64,000 bases of DNA from a virus (lineage: Duplodnaviria; Caudoviricetes), in the IMG/VR virus record IMGVR_UViG_3300005662_000030, positions 23,769-87,768 of that record, one strand, 5' to 3'. Below, piece after piece: positions 47,629 through 57,133 of this stretch. The notes beneath the pieces were generated by a model. That model searched no databases. It was not told where the DNA came from and saw only the letters and a list, made by a program, of their open reading frames with translations. The translations under genes and the position numbers were made by a program. Numbering within the stretch: the stretch's first letter is position 1; every line of letters begins with the position of its first letter.

Positions 47629-48092
47629 GTTCTGTAAGTAAAAAAGATCATCAATTTATGGCGCTCTGTATAAGTGGAGCAAAAATATTTTCGACATGTG
47701 GCAAAAAGCAGTATGCTGCGCTGCTTGTAGATGACGATAATCATATAATTGGTTTTGGTTACAACGGTGGTCCAAGAGGTTTTACTCACTGCAATGAAGG
47801 CGGCTGCAAACGCTTCCTAGAGGGCTCTAAGAGTGGATCAACTTATGACAATTGTATAGCCATCCATGCGGAAGCTAATGCGCTATTGCATTCTGATTAT
47901 AGTTCTAGACCGACCAAGTTGTACGTAAATGGCCCACCATGCTTTAGTTGTGCTAAGTTGATAGCAAATAGCACTATAGATACTGTATACTATTTATCTG
48001 ATTCTGACTATTCCAATTGGGATGAGATTGAATCTTTCCTGGTAAAAGCAAACGTAAAGACTATAAAGGTGAGTGAGAGTGGCAGCTTCTAA
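47625..48092 (+). CDS. dCMP deaminase
   Basis: GYNG, IHAEANA and PPCFSCAK Zn-deaminase motifs. Confidence 0.88.
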   Translation: MSSVSKKDHQFMALCISGAKIFSTCGKKQYAALLVDDDNHIIGFGYNGGPRGFTHCNEGGCKRFLEGSKSGSTYDNCIAIHAEANALLHSDYSSRPTKLYVNGPPCFSCAKLIANSTIDTVYYLSDSDYSNWDEIESFLVKANVKTIKVSESGSF

Positions 48093-48321
48093 ATTAAATT
48101 ATATTGTTGTATATAAAAACCATAGTCAGGTTTATGGATGTTCTTCAAAAAAGATTGCGTTGGAATCCCCTCCACCAGAGGGATACACTAACGATGATAA
48201 GAGAATTCTATTCGCAACTTTTGAACCAGATACAAGTTCTTTGTGCGTATACCCTGTATCATTAGACGATGTAGAAATTGAAGAAGTAAAAGTCAAGAAA
48301 GCTAAAAAGAAAAATGACTAA
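48079..48321 (+). CDS. Hypothetical protein
   Basis: GTG start with upstream AAGGTGA; tightly packed ORF. Confidence 0.5.
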   Translation: MAASKLNYIVVYKNHSQVYGCSSKKIALESPPPEGYTNDDKRILFATFEPDTSSLCVYPVSLDDVEIEEVKVKKAKKKND

Positions 48322-48556
48322 GAAAAAAGTAGAAAAAAAGAAAGTAAATATCAAGCTTGAATCTGGGCAAACATATTTAATTACATCTATAGATGAGATG
48401 TTGCAAATAGCAAATTCTTTGATACACTTAGCCTCTTCAATCAAGGACGAAAAAGATAAGTTGTCTATACTTCATTTAAGTGAAGAAGCAGTAAAGGCAA
48501 TGAGTGAAAATAAGTTTATAGGAGGATCTTCAGATGAAGATGAAGACTGGAATTAG
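48314..48556 (+). CDS. Hypothetical protein (80 aa)
   Basis: Tightly packed + strand ORF. Confidence 0.5.
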   Translation: MTKKKVEKKKVNIKLESGQTYLITSIDEMLQIANSLIHLASSIKDEKDKLSILHLSEEAVKAMSENKFIGGSSDEDEDWN

Positions 48557-48815
48557 TATTGTTGCAGTTGCAGCTGTTGGAATATACATAGCGTACGGTA
48601 AGAAAAGAAAAATTAAAAACAACTACTTTAATAATTTTTCGGAAAACTACTTTAAAGAATATTCAAACAAATATAATCCACAAAGTAGTTTTATAGAATT
48701 TTTTGACAAAGACAGTCTCAAGGAGGCGTACGGTAGATATGATAAGTATCTTGATTTAGGTCTAAATAAGACTGACGCTTTTAAGGCAGTAGTAGAAGAT
48801 GATAGAAACTCATGA
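48534..48815 (+). CDS. Hypothetical protein with N-terminal hydrophobic anchor
   Basis: ISIVAVAAVGIYIAYGKKRK: a transmembrane-like segment followed by basic residues. Confidence 0.5.
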   Translation: MKMKTGISIVAVAAVGIYIAYGKKRKIKNNYFNNFSENYFKEYSNKYNPQSSFIEFFDKDSLKEAYGRYDKYLDLGLNKTDAFKAVVEDDRNS

Positions 48816-49615
48816 TAGATCTATGTGTAGTAAACTATAATACAAGACCTCTTCTTCAAAGGTTTTTAGATTCATTACATAGTGATATCGATCAAGTCGA
48901 AAAAGTTTGGGAACTTTATATTTCAGATAATGATTCAAGCGATGATACTATTCCTTGGCTTACTGAAAACCATAAAAATTATTTAATATCTAACGTATGG
49001 AAAAATAAAAATATTGGTTATTCAGCTGCCTGTAATGGTATGGCGTCAAGTTCAAGTGGAGATATAATTTGTCTTCTAAACGCAGACGTATGGCTAACGA
49101 GTAGCGATATAGTTAAAGTGCAAAAAATATTTGATGACAATCCAGAGATACATATACTTGGTCCAAAACAAAGAGATGAAAATGGTTTCATAACACACGC
49201 TGGTATTATCGGGTCAAACACTGCTCCAGCACATAGAGGTTGGAGACATCTTGACCCAGAAGACCAATTATTTAGAGATAGAATTCCATGTGTTACGATA
49301 TCTGGTTCAGCTTATTTTGTTAGAAGATATGTTTGGGAATCCCTAACTAATGATGAAGAATATAAAAAGATGTATCCAGAAGCAATAGGAGCTTTCCTGC
49401 CAACTCCTCACTATTATGAGGAGACCTGGTGTTCTTATTTTGCTCGTCACCGTGGCTACAATGTGGTGTATGATGGCAGCGTTTCAATTGGCCATAGCTG
49501 GCATGCTTCTTCTCCAAAACCAGGAGAGGGATACAGTCACGCAGATGCTCAATTCAAAGTAAGTCAATCAATATTTAGAAAAGCATGTGATTTTATAGGA
49601 ATAGAAAGAGACTAG
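48812..49615 (+). CDS. Glycosyltransferase family 2 (GT-A fold)
   Basis: LCVVNYN, DNDSSDDT, NIGYSAACN, LLNADV, YEETW. Confidence 0.85.
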   Translation: MIDLCVVNYNTRPLLQRFLDSLHSDIDQVEKVWELYISDNDSSDDTIPWLTENHKNYLISNVWKNKNIGYSAACNGMASSSSGDIICLLNADVWLTSSDIVKVQKIFDDNPEIHILGPKQRDENGFITHAGIIGSNTAPAHRGWRHLDPEDQLFRDRIPCVTISGSAYFVRRYVWESLTNDEEYKKMYPEAIGAFLPTPHYYEETWCSYFARHRGYNVVYDGSVSIGHSWHASSPKPGEGYSHADAQFKVSQSIFRKACDFIGIERD

Positions 49616-50566
49616 ATGTCAATTAAAACATTTGGAAGTTTGTTTGCAGGTGTGGGTGGTTTTGATATTGGTTTTATGCAAGCTGGATTACAATGCAAAT
49701 TCCAAGTTGAATGGGATAAAAACTGTCGGAGCGTCTTAGATAAGCATTGGCCTGATGTAGAAAAGTGGAGCGATGTTCGTAATGTTAATGGAAGATTTTT
49801 ACCTCCCGTAGACTGTATTGCATTTGGAAGCCCCTGTCAAGATCTCAGTACTGCAGGAAAACGAGCAGGCTTAGAAGGAGAACGCTCAGGACTATTTCAC
49901 GAAGCCGTAAGAATAATCAAGGAGATGAGAGATGCAACCAATGGAGAGTTCCCAAAATGGGCTATCTGGGAAAATGTACCAGGAGCACTTACTTCCAACC
50001 AAGGTAAAGACTTTGGGGTCGTCCTCGATGAAATGGCAAAAGCAGGGGCATTGGTCATCGAATGGTCAGTTTTGGACAGCATCTTCTTTGGAGTCCCCCA
50101 ATCTAGAAGACGTGTCTTTGTTGTCAGTTGCTTCGATAGTGCAATCGCACAAAGATGTCCATCCCAAATATTACCTGTCCAAGACAGCATGTCTGGGGAT
50201 TATCAGAAGGGCATTGAAGAGAAACAAGAATCTTCCAGAAAAGATGCACTGTGCTCTACAGGCAACGATTCAATTGTAGAACCGTTTACTCCGTCAAGCT
50301 TTGCTCAATACAAAGAGGGTGTAGGAACATTAAGAGCAAATGGTGGAGACTTGGGTGGTGGATCTGAAACTTTACTGGTATTAGATAATACTATAAGAAA
50401 ATTAACTCCGTTAGAAACGGAGAGAATAATGGGATGGCCAGATAACCATACTCTAGATAGAGCAGATGGTAAGCAAAATTCTGATACAGTAAGATATAAG
50501 ATGTGTGGCAATGGAGTGGTTAGTCCTGTGGTAAAATGGGTAGCTAAAAAAATTATTAACATTTAA
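49616..50566 (+). CDS. DNA (cytosine-5) methyltransferase
   Basis: Motif I SLFAGVGG, catalytic GSPCQD, ENVPG, SRRRVF, motif IX RKLTPLETERIMGWP, motif X GNGV. Confidence 0.92.
   Translation: MSIKTFGSLFAGVGGFDIGFMQAGLQCKFQVEWDKNCRSVLDKHWPDVEKWSDVRNVNGRFLPPVDCIAFGSPCQDLSTAGKRAGLEGERSGLFHEAVRIIKEMRDATNGEFPKWAIWENVPGALTSNQGKDFGVVLDEMAKAGALVIEWSVLDSIFFGVPQSRRRVFVVSCFDSAIAQRCPSQILPVQDSMSGDYQKGIEEKQESSRKDALCSTGNDSIVEPFTPSSFAQYKEGVGTLRANGGDLGGGSETLLVLDNTIRKLTPLETERIMGWPDNHTLDRADGKQNSDTVRYKMCGNGVVSPVVKWVAKKIINI
49932..50279 (+). CDS. Overprinted alternative-frame ORF inside the methyltransferase (115 aa)
   Basis: AAGGAG at 49919-49924, 7 nt before ATG 49932; C-terminal KYYLSKTACLGIIRRALKRNKNLPE. Confidence 0.5.
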   Translation: MQPMESSQNGLSGKMYQEHLLPTKVKTLGSSSMKWQKQGHWSSNGQFWTASSLESPNLEDVSLLSVASIVQSHKDVHPKYYLSKTACLGIIRRALKRNKNLPEKMHCALQATIQL

Positions 50567-50574
50567 GGAGTATT

Positions 50575-50976
50575 ATGTCAGATCAATTTAATGTTTATCT
50601 ATACAATGCAGAAGTAATAAAAGTAGTCGATGGTGACACATTTAAGATTAATATTGATCTTGGTTTCGAAGTCCATCTTGGACCAAAGAGCGTAAGACTA
50701 TATGGTGTCAACACTCCAGAAAGTCGTACTTCAAATTTAGAAGAAAAGAAAATGGGACTTGCAGCTAAAGAATTTACAGATCAGTGGATTAAGAAATCTA
50801 ACAATAAAGTAAAGATTGAAACAATTCTTGATAAGAACGAAAAGTATGGCAGAATTCTCGCTAAGGTATGGAACGAAGCTGGAGAATGCCTTAACACAGA
50901 AATCGTTAAAGCTGGATTAGCCAGAGAGTATTTTGGTGTAGGTGACAAAACATTTGACGAATTTAAGAAGGCGTAA
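50575..50976 (+). CDS. Thermonuclease (SNase-like)
   Basis: KVVDGDT, VRLYGVNTPE, EKYGRILA. Confidence 0.85.
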   Translation: MSDQFNVYLYNAEVIKVVDGDTFKINIDLGFEVHLGPKSVRLYGVNTPESRTSNLEEKKMGLAAKEFTDQWIKKSNNKVKIETILDKNEKYGRILAKVWNEAGECLNTEIVKAGLAREYFGVGDKTFDEFKKA

Positions 50977-51401
50977 TGCAAACATTTTTACCATATCCTA
51001 ATTTTCAAGAATCGGTTCGGGTATTAGATTATCGTAGACTTGGAAAGCAACGAGTAGAAACTTTCCAAGTCTTGAATATCTTACTTGATCGTACACCAAC
51101 AAAAGGTTGGCGCAATCACCCAGTAACGCTGATGTGGTCAGGGTATGAATCGGCACTGCAATCGTATCAAAATTGCACCATACAGGAATGGGTCAGTAGA
51201 GGATATAAAAACACAATGCAGTTAGAGATTATCGATTTAAATTCTGTGGTTATGCCACCATGGTTTGGTTTAGATCAGTTTCATAGATCGCACAGATCAA
51301 ATCTCTTACGTAAAGATTATGAATATTATTCTCAATATTTTGATGAGCCAACGGACCTAGAGTATTATTGGCCACATAAGGATGTAATAAATGCAAACTA
51401 G
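50976..51401 (+). CDS. Pyrimidine-dimer DNA glycosylase-like protein (endonuclease V-related, MSMEG_6728-type)
   Basis: MQTFLPYP...LDYRRLGKQRVE...GWRNHP...HRSNLLRKD. Confidence 0.8.
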   Translation: MQTFLPYPNFQESVRVLDYRRLGKQRVETFQVLNILLDRTPTKGWRNHPVTLMWSGYESALQSYQNCTIQEWVSRGYKNTMQLEIIDLNSVVMPPWFGLDQFHRSHRSNLLRKDYEYYSQYFDEPTDLEYYWPHKDVINAN

Positions 51402-51804
51402 AGTATTCCTATCGGGAGCCATAGAAGACGTTCAATCTGACTTTAAACATAGTTGGAGAGATGAAGCCACTGCACTTCTTGAACAGAGGGGCTTTAAAGC
51501 AGTTAACCCAATGGACTATGCCCTAGAAGAAGAAGACTGCGAACCAAAAGAGATAGTGGATAAAAATCTCTTCTTACAAAAAAGCTGCGATATCTTATTG
51601 GTAGAATATAGATTACTCTATAGAGCGTATGTAGGTACGGACTTTGAGATGACTTGGGCTCATTTAAATAATCAACCAATAATTGTTTGGGCGCATCAAG
51701 ACCTGCAGCATAGAATTTATCTTAAGTTTCTTGCTACAAAACTTGCAGATACACTAGAAGAAGCTGTAGAATATATATCTCATACATATCCATCAACAAG
51801 ATAA
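51391..51804 (+). CDS. Nucleoside 2'-deoxyribosyltransferase / dNMP N-glycosidase-like protein
   Basis: VFLSGAI, WRDEA, CDILLV and GTDFE pattern. Confidence 0.65.
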   Translation: MQTRVFLSGAIEDVQSDFKHSWRDEATALLEQRGFKAVNPMDYALEEEDCEPKEIVDKNLFLQKSCDILLVEYRLLYRAYVGTDFEMTWAHLNNQPIIVWAHQDLQHRIYLKFLATKLADTLEEAVEYISHTYPSTR

Positions 51805-51814
51805 AGGAAATAAT

Positions 51815-51997
51815 ATGGCAGATAACAAGTTTAACTACTTTGAAGTTACAACTTCTTACGTTGTTAAGTCTAAGAACAAAACAGAAGCAGAGAAGATTGT
51901 TCTTGGACGTCGTGGCGTAAAGGGTGAGATCTTGTCAACCAAGACGAACGTAGACCGTATTTCAGCTGTTGAAGTACGCGAAATGCTCGAGATCTAA
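51815..51997 (+). CDS. Small hypothetical protein (60 aa)
   Basis: AAGGA ribosome-binding site; CGT/GGC-rich codon usage; followed by a terminator. Confidence 0.65.
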   Translation: MADNKFNYFEVTTSYVVKSKNKTEAEKIVLGRRGVKGEILSTKTNVDRISAVEVREMLEI

Positions 51998-52012
51998 TTA
52001 TCCTATCCATTT

Positions 52013-52046
52013 AAGGGTGACGCATTTTATAGTGCGTCACCCTTTT
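52013..52046 (+). terminator. Intrinsic terminator
   Basis: 12-bp perfect stem AAGGGTGACGCA / TGCGTCACCCTT followed by TT. Confidence 0.8.
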
Positions 52047-52065
52047 GTCTTTGAAAGAAAATACT

Positions 52066-52767
52066 ATGATATACGCTCAAATGGTGGGCAGAAACGAAGA
52101 AGGAAGATATCTAGAAGAAGTTCTTGATAGACTTTCCCAGCAGGTAGATAAAATTGTTTTTACCGATGACTGTTCAGATGACAACACAGCTAAAATAGCC
52201 GCAAAATACTGCGATGTTTACTCTACTCCAGAACCACTCTTTACAAAGCATGAGGGGCAATTAAGAGCTTTTGCATGGGGGCACATGAGCCAACACGCAA
52301 AGCTTGGAGATTGGGTTATAGCAATCGACTGTGACGAAATGCTTTATAATAAAAATGATATATCAAATATAGATATATCCTCAGTGTTAACTAGATCTCC
52401 ATTTGACGTAGTTAACGTTCGCTTTTATCACATGTGGAATGAAACTCAATGGAGAACAGATAAATTATGGGCTCCAAATAATAGTTCTAGAATCTTCAAG
52501 TTTAAAGATAACGGCGGATTTGCTAATCGAAAGTTAGCTTGTGGATCTGAACCAACTTATGTGGTGGATTGGATTAGGCAAAGAAATTTTTGGATAGATT
52601 CAGGATTAGTCATGAAGCATCTGGGTTATGTAAATGACGAAGATAAAATCTCTAAGCATCAAAGGTATTCAACTTTAGATGGTGGAGAGTTTCATGCATT
52701 AAATCACATCAATTCAATAGTGGATCCAAACCCAGTCTTAATTGACTGGGGAAATTTCGGAATATAA
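52066..52767 (+). CDS. Glycosyltransferase family 2-like protein
   Basis: VGRNEEGRYL, FTDDCSDDNT, IAIDCDE (DxD), MKHLGY. Confidence 0.75.
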   Translation: MIYAQMVGRNEEGRYLEEVLDRLSQQVDKIVFTDDCSDDNTAKIAAKYCDVYSTPEPLFTKHEGQLRAFAWGHMSQHAKLGDWVIAIDCDEMLYNKNDISNIDISSVLTRSPFDVVNVRFYHMWNETQWRTDKLWAPNNSSRIFKFKDNGGFANRKLACGSEPTYVVDWIRQRNFWIDSGLVMKHLGYVNDEDKISKHQRYSTLDGGEFHALNHINSIVDPNPVLIDWGNFGI

Positions 52768-52777
52768 GGAAAAGGAA

Positions 52778-53452
52778 ATGAAAAAAGATATTAGAATAGC
52801 AACACACGCACAGACAATCCAGGCTCTAACATTAAAAATGTTATCTAAAGAGCGCTTTGCTTATGTGAATTTTCCTAGATCAGCACTCATTGCTATGGGT
52901 AATCCAGACACAAAGAAAACATCTAAAGACTTTAGTGATTCAATAACTAAGTCATTTAATATTAATGATAAGAATTTCATGAAAGGAATACCTTTAGCTT
53001 TTGTGAATTCTAATGATCCAGAGAATGAATTAGATTATTCAAAAGTTGATTCTAAGCAGACATACTATAATTCAACTACGCTTGAAAATTACTTTAACAA
53101 TAACGAAGTAGCTTTTAGTTCTTTTGTTGATTTCTATATTAGAAATACACCGTATGTGGTTGTTACTTTCCACGATAGAAAAGTTATCAGCAGAGTTTTA
53201 GGCGCTCCATATGAAACTATTTTTGTTCCTTACAATGATTATTATGATAAGCTAGATTCAATCGTTGAGACTTTGGCCACCTTTACTGGTAAGGTAGATA
53301 CAGTTATACTCGATTGCCCGCTGCTTTCAGCAGCTTTGGCTGAAAAAATTTGGGACAAGTTAAATTTTTCTATTATAGATTTTGGGAAGGTCATCAGTTT
53401 TGCAAGAGCAAGATTCAACACTAGGACAACCCAAAATGAAAAGGCAGATTAA
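52778..53452 (+). CDS. Hypothetical protein, possibly GT-D-fold glycosyltransferase
   Basis: C-terminal ILDCPLLSAALAEKIW...SIIDFG resembles GT-D (DUF1792-type) C-termini; adjacent to a GT2 gene. Confidence 0.4.
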   Translation: MKKDIRIATHAQTIQALTLKMLSKERFAYVNFPRSALIAMGNPDTKKTSKDFSDSITKSFNINDKNFMKGIPLAFVNSNDPENELDYSKVDSKQTYYNSTTLENYFNNNEVAFSSFVDFYIRNTPYVVVTFHDRKVISRVLGAPYETIFVPYNDYYDKLDSIVETLATFTGKVDTVILDCPLLSAALAEKIWDKLNFSIIDFGKVISFARARFNTRTTQNEKAD

Positions 53453-54080
53453 CGACAAGGAAGACGATCTATTTTTAATAGATCTATTATTTGATTCAGA
53501 TTTAACCATAACTGCTATAGCTAAAGAGTTAGGCTATACGTTTGCTGAGCTTAATAAAAAGATAAATGCATTGGGCTTGTCTTGGATTAAAGAACAAAAA
53601 AAGAAAACATCTAGAGGGCAAGCCGCACTTACGCAAGTAATGCAAAAGCTTTTCCCAGGTCAAAAAATAATAAACGAATTTCACGTTGGTGAAAGATTAA
53701 AACTAGATGTTTATTGCCCTGAGTATAAAATAGGTGCTGAGTTCCATGGAAGACAGCACTTCTATTACACTAAGAGATTTTTTGATTCTAGATACGACTT
53801 TGAACAAGCTCAAAAAAGAGATCTAAGGAAGATAGAGTTATGCAAAGATAGCGGAATAACTCTTGTCGTTTTTAGGTATAACGATGACTTAACTGAACAA
53901 GCAGTATATGATAGACTACTTCAGGTGATTAGAGATAGTCCGCTTGTCCCAGAAACTCAAAAGAAAAATAAGAAAAGCATTACTCAAAATAAGTTGTACC
54001 AAGAAAGAAAAAAACAGTACAACGAAAGAAAAAAGGATTTGTACAGAAAAATGAAAAACAGAAAAGACAATCATGAGTGA
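53436..54080 (+). CDS. Restriction-endonuclease-like (Vsr/DUF559-type) protein with N-terminal HTH-like segment
   Basis: LKLDVYCPEYKIGAEFHGRQH...DLRKIELCKDSGITLVVFRY; N-terminal LTITAIAKELGY. Confidence 0.6.
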   Translation: MKRQINDKEDDLFLIDLLFDSDLTITAIAKELGYTFAELNKKINALGLSWIKEQKKKTSRGQAALTQVMQKLFPGQKIINEFHVGERLKLDVYCPEYKIGAEFHGRQHFYYTKRFFDSRYDFEQAQKRDLRKIELCKDSGITLVVFRYNDDLTEQAVYDRLLQVIRDSPLVPETQKKNKKSITQNKLYQERKKQYNERKKDLYRKMKNRKDNHE

Positions 54081-55527
54081 TAATCAATCTGTTATCAATA
54101 CTACACATCCCATAGAGTATCAGGTATTCGCACTTTCTTTTAGAGAACCAGGTGCTATATCCTATTTTAAAGATAACCTTGATCCAGAAATAGTGGGCTT
54201 GAATGAGAATCAACACGGCGTTTACGAGTTCTATAACGCTCTGTTGTCATATGCATCAACTACTGATCTAGATATAGTTGATCCAATTGTATTTAAAAAT
54301 TGGATTCAATTAGAAAGTCATGTATTCGATGCATTAAATGGCGATGAGGGAGTTAACGCTCTTATGAGTGTTTTTTCCGATATGCAATTAGCAACTCCAG
54401 AAGCTGTTGTACAGGTCTTGAAGCACAAAGATAATAAGATTAAACAAAAGAATTATCTTAAGGAATTGGAAATTATCTTAAGCCAAAAAGGACTTAAATC
54501 TGATGAAGATTTAGCAAGAATGAATGAGATTACTTCTCAGATAACTGATTTAGAAAACAAGGTAAACTACGATCCATTAGATGGCGTAGTAACGGCAAAT
54601 CAAATAATAGATAAAATTGATTCCTTATTAGATACTCCAGATTTTCTTCCAACTCAATTCAAATCCCTAAACAGAGCTATGGGATATACAAACGATGGTG
54701 GATTCTTTAAGGGGGCGGTGCATGCAATTATCGCAGCTTCAGGTAAAGGCAAAAGCACATTTGCAAAATGTCTAGTCAACAATTGGTTAGACTGTGGATA
54801 CAAAGCTTTGTATATTAACTTTGAGGAAGCAAGAACTCACTGGGAAAGAATTCTGATGACTCAAATAACTGGAAAAAATATTTATTCAGAATTAGATAAA
54901 TGGGATGAAGAAGAAAAGAATAAGTATATAAAAATGTTTACCGATAGATTAGAGAAATGGGGGGATCGCTTAATGGTCAAGCATGATCCAGACACTCCAT
55001 ACTTTGAAGATCTAGAAAGTTGGCTAAGGGATATCTTAATTCAGGGAGAGCATCTTCCTGACGTTATTGTTATTGACACGATTCAATCAATGTTTACCAG
55101 ATCTAAGGGCAAAGCTAGATGGGGTGAATTTGAAGAGATGATGGTTCGCCTTGAAAAGATAGCTAGAGATATGAATTGTGTTTTAATAATTACAGCACAA
55201 GAGAACTCAAATAGAATGAAAGAAAAAAGAGAGATTGTTATGCAGTCTGATACTGGTGGTTCTTTAGCTATTCAGCAGAAGTGCGCAGTAACTATTTTTA
55301 TCACCGAAAAAAAACTAGTTAGCGGAGACGACTCAGAAGACGAGAACGTAATGCAATTACAGATACCAAAGAATAGAATTACGGGCTCTACTTTTTCTTA
55401 TGAGCCGCCTCTGGTAAGATATGTAGACGCTAGAAAGTCTTATGAAGAGTATGAGATAGTTACATCTGGATCATATGACGCTTCATCTATACTTGATGAT
55501 TTATTAAATAATGGAGATTTTAACTAA
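54073..55527 (+). CDS. dnaB: Replicative DNA helicase, DnaB-like
   Basis: Walker A AASGKGKST, YINFEE, Walker B VIVIDTIQ, ITAQEN, PKNR. Confidence 0.8.
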   Translation: MSDNQSVINTTHPIEYQVFALSFREPGAISYFKDNLDPEIVGLNENQHGVYEFYNALLSYASTTDLDIVDPIVFKNWIQLESHVFDALNGDEGVNALMSVFSDMQLATPEAVVQVLKHKDNKIKQKNYLKELEIILSQKGLKSDEDLARMNEITSQITDLENKVNYDPLDGVVTANQIIDKIDSLLDTPDFLPTQFKSLNRAMGYTNDGGFFKGAVHAIIAASGKGKSTFAKCLVNNWLDCGYKALYINFEEARTHWERILMTQITGKNIYSELDKWDEEEKNKYIKMFTDRLEKWGDRLMVKHDPDTPYFEDLESWLRDILIQGEHLPDVIVIDTIQSMFTRSKGKARWGEFEEMMVRLEKIARDMNCVLIITAQENSNRMKEKREIVMQSDTGGSLAIQQKCAVTIFITEKKLVSGDDSEDENVMQLQIPKNRITGSTFSYEPPLVRYVDARKSYEEYEIVTSGSYDASSILDDLLNNGDFN

Positions 55528-56318
55528 TGAAATTAATCACACCAGAATCGCTTAAGGATTTTCAAACTTGCTCATTACTTTACGAATACAGGCACAATCA
55601 AAAAATGCCAGAGACAATTGGCGGTAGAGATATACTGTCAATAAGATTTGAGAACACATTAAAGGAAATTATATATTATTTCTTTTATAAAAAACAAGGT
55701 GGCTATACACCATCTTATGCTTCATTATTAAATAGATGGGAAAAGCTTTGGTTTTCTGAAGACATGTCATCATATGACATTATGACAGAACAGCACGAAA
55801 GCGCATATGGGAACAATGCTAGCCTTACTACAAAGGCAGCAGCTTCGTTGCTTTCATTCTATGAAAATTTTTCTGATCAAAACTTTATCCCGATTGCTAT
55901 AAACGAAGACTGTATCATGCCAGTTACTCCAAAGGTAAAAATTAAAGATAAGTTTGATGTTATCTTATTCAAGGATAAAAAGTATTACGTAATTAAATTA
56001 ATGTTTAACTATAAAAACAGTCACCAACATATGTATCAAGTAAATTTTGCTACGATGTACAACGCTTTTGCTGTTAAACATGGAGATAGAATCTCCAACG
56101 CCTCATTTGGATATATAGATTTATTAATGCCTAAGGTTTCTTTTATTGAATTTGAAATTACAAGAGAAGATCTTGACTCTTTAAAATTTTGGTCCGATGA
56201 ATTAGAGCAGACAGAAAAGTTTATACCGAGAAGGGGTTTAACTTGGTACTGTAAAAAATGTCCATTTGATAAACCATGTTCCAAGTGGTCCAATTGGAGC
56301 AGTAATGAAGAAGGGTAA
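55527..56318 (+). CDS. PD-(D/E)XK nuclease superfamily protein (RecB/Cas4-like)
   Basis: N-terminal FQTCSL and C-terminal CKKCPFDKPC Cys cluster; IKDKFDVI. Confidence 0.65.
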   Translation: MKLITPESLKDFQTCSLLYEYRHNQKMPETIGGRDILSIRFENTLKEIIYYFFYKKQGGYTPSYASLLNRWEKLWFSEDMSSYDIMTEQHESAYGNNASLTTKAAASLLSFYENFSDQNFIPIAINEDCIMPVTPKVKIKDKFDVILFKDKKYYVIKLMFNYKNSHQHMYQVNFATMYNAFAVKHGDRISNASFGYIDLLMPKVSFIEFEITREDLDSLKFWSDELEQTEKFIPRRGLTWYCKKCPFDKPCSKWSNWSSNEEG

Positions 56319-56475
56319 GTTTGGTTTTATTTTAGAGGATAAAATTTATAAAAATTTAAACTCATTAGCAAGAGCAAATAAAAAACAACCCTATGACTAT
56401 TTAGTTGGTATTATTGAAAAAGAATATAAAAATTATATTGAAGAAAAATTAAAATGGGATTCAGACAATGACTAA
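56305..56475 (+). CDS. Small hypothetical, possibly ribbon-helix-helix DNA-binding protein
   Basis: FGFILEDKIYKNLNSLAR...YLVGIIEKE pattern; 56 aa. Confidence 0.35.
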   Translation: MKKGKFGFILEDKIYKNLNSLARANKKQPYDYLVGIIEKEYKNYIEEKLKWDSDND

Positions 56476-57133
56476 GAAAAGTATTTTAGATGAACTTCTT
56501 AATGATGAAGACACTACATTTAAACCAAACGAAGAAGAGGACACCATATTAAGTCCTCTATTGGATCAGATTAACCTAATCACCAATCAACACATAAGGA
56601 TGTTTGTTAGATCAGTTCTATTGCAGGCTAAAACATTTTGGAAAATACCATCAAGTTTTTCTGGTAAACATCATCCAGTTGATGAACACACAGCTGGTGG
56701 CAACGTATTGCACACTAGAAGGGTGATCAACGTCGCCAAGGTTTTAGCTGAATCATACAGCTTAAACCAAGAAGAGAGAGACCTTATCTATGCCGCCTGC
56801 TTATTGCACGATGTGACTAAGGGTGTGTCGGCAGATGACGATGAAAATAACTTTTTTTATGATCCAATGCATCCGTACACCGTTGGTATTTTTGTAAGAA
56901 AATGTCAGGAGAATGATAAAAAATATGGATCTGAATTATCATCTTCAACTTTATTTTTAGATCAGGAAACTGTTGAGTCAATTCTTAGATTGATACGTTG
57001 CCACTTAGGGCCTTGGTCTCCAGTTCCAGAAACTTATCCAACAACATATCTAGACATGATAGTCCACATATCTGATAATATAGCATCAAAGCTTCATACT
57101 ATTGCAGAAGATAAAACTCAGGAAGATATTTAA
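56468..57133 (+). CDS. HD-domain phosphohydrolase
   Basis: SSFSGKHH, VLHT, LLHDVTKG, RCHLGPW, HISD. Confidence 0.8.
   Translation: MTKKSILDELLNDEDTTFKPNEEEDTILSPLLDQINLITNQHIRMFVRSVLLQAKTFWKIPSSFSGKHHPVDEHTAGGNVLHTRRVINVAKVLAESYSLNQEERDLIYAACLLHDVTKGVSADDDENNFFYDPMHPYTVGIFVRKCQENDKKYGSELSSSTLFLDQETVESILRLIRCHLGPWSPVPETYPTTYLDMIVHISDNIASKLHTIAEDKTQEDI

Noticed and set aside
55527-56318. Cas4-like nuclease as part of a CRISPR system
   Set aside because: There are no repeat-spacer arrays or other cas genes; the context is a replication/recombination module.
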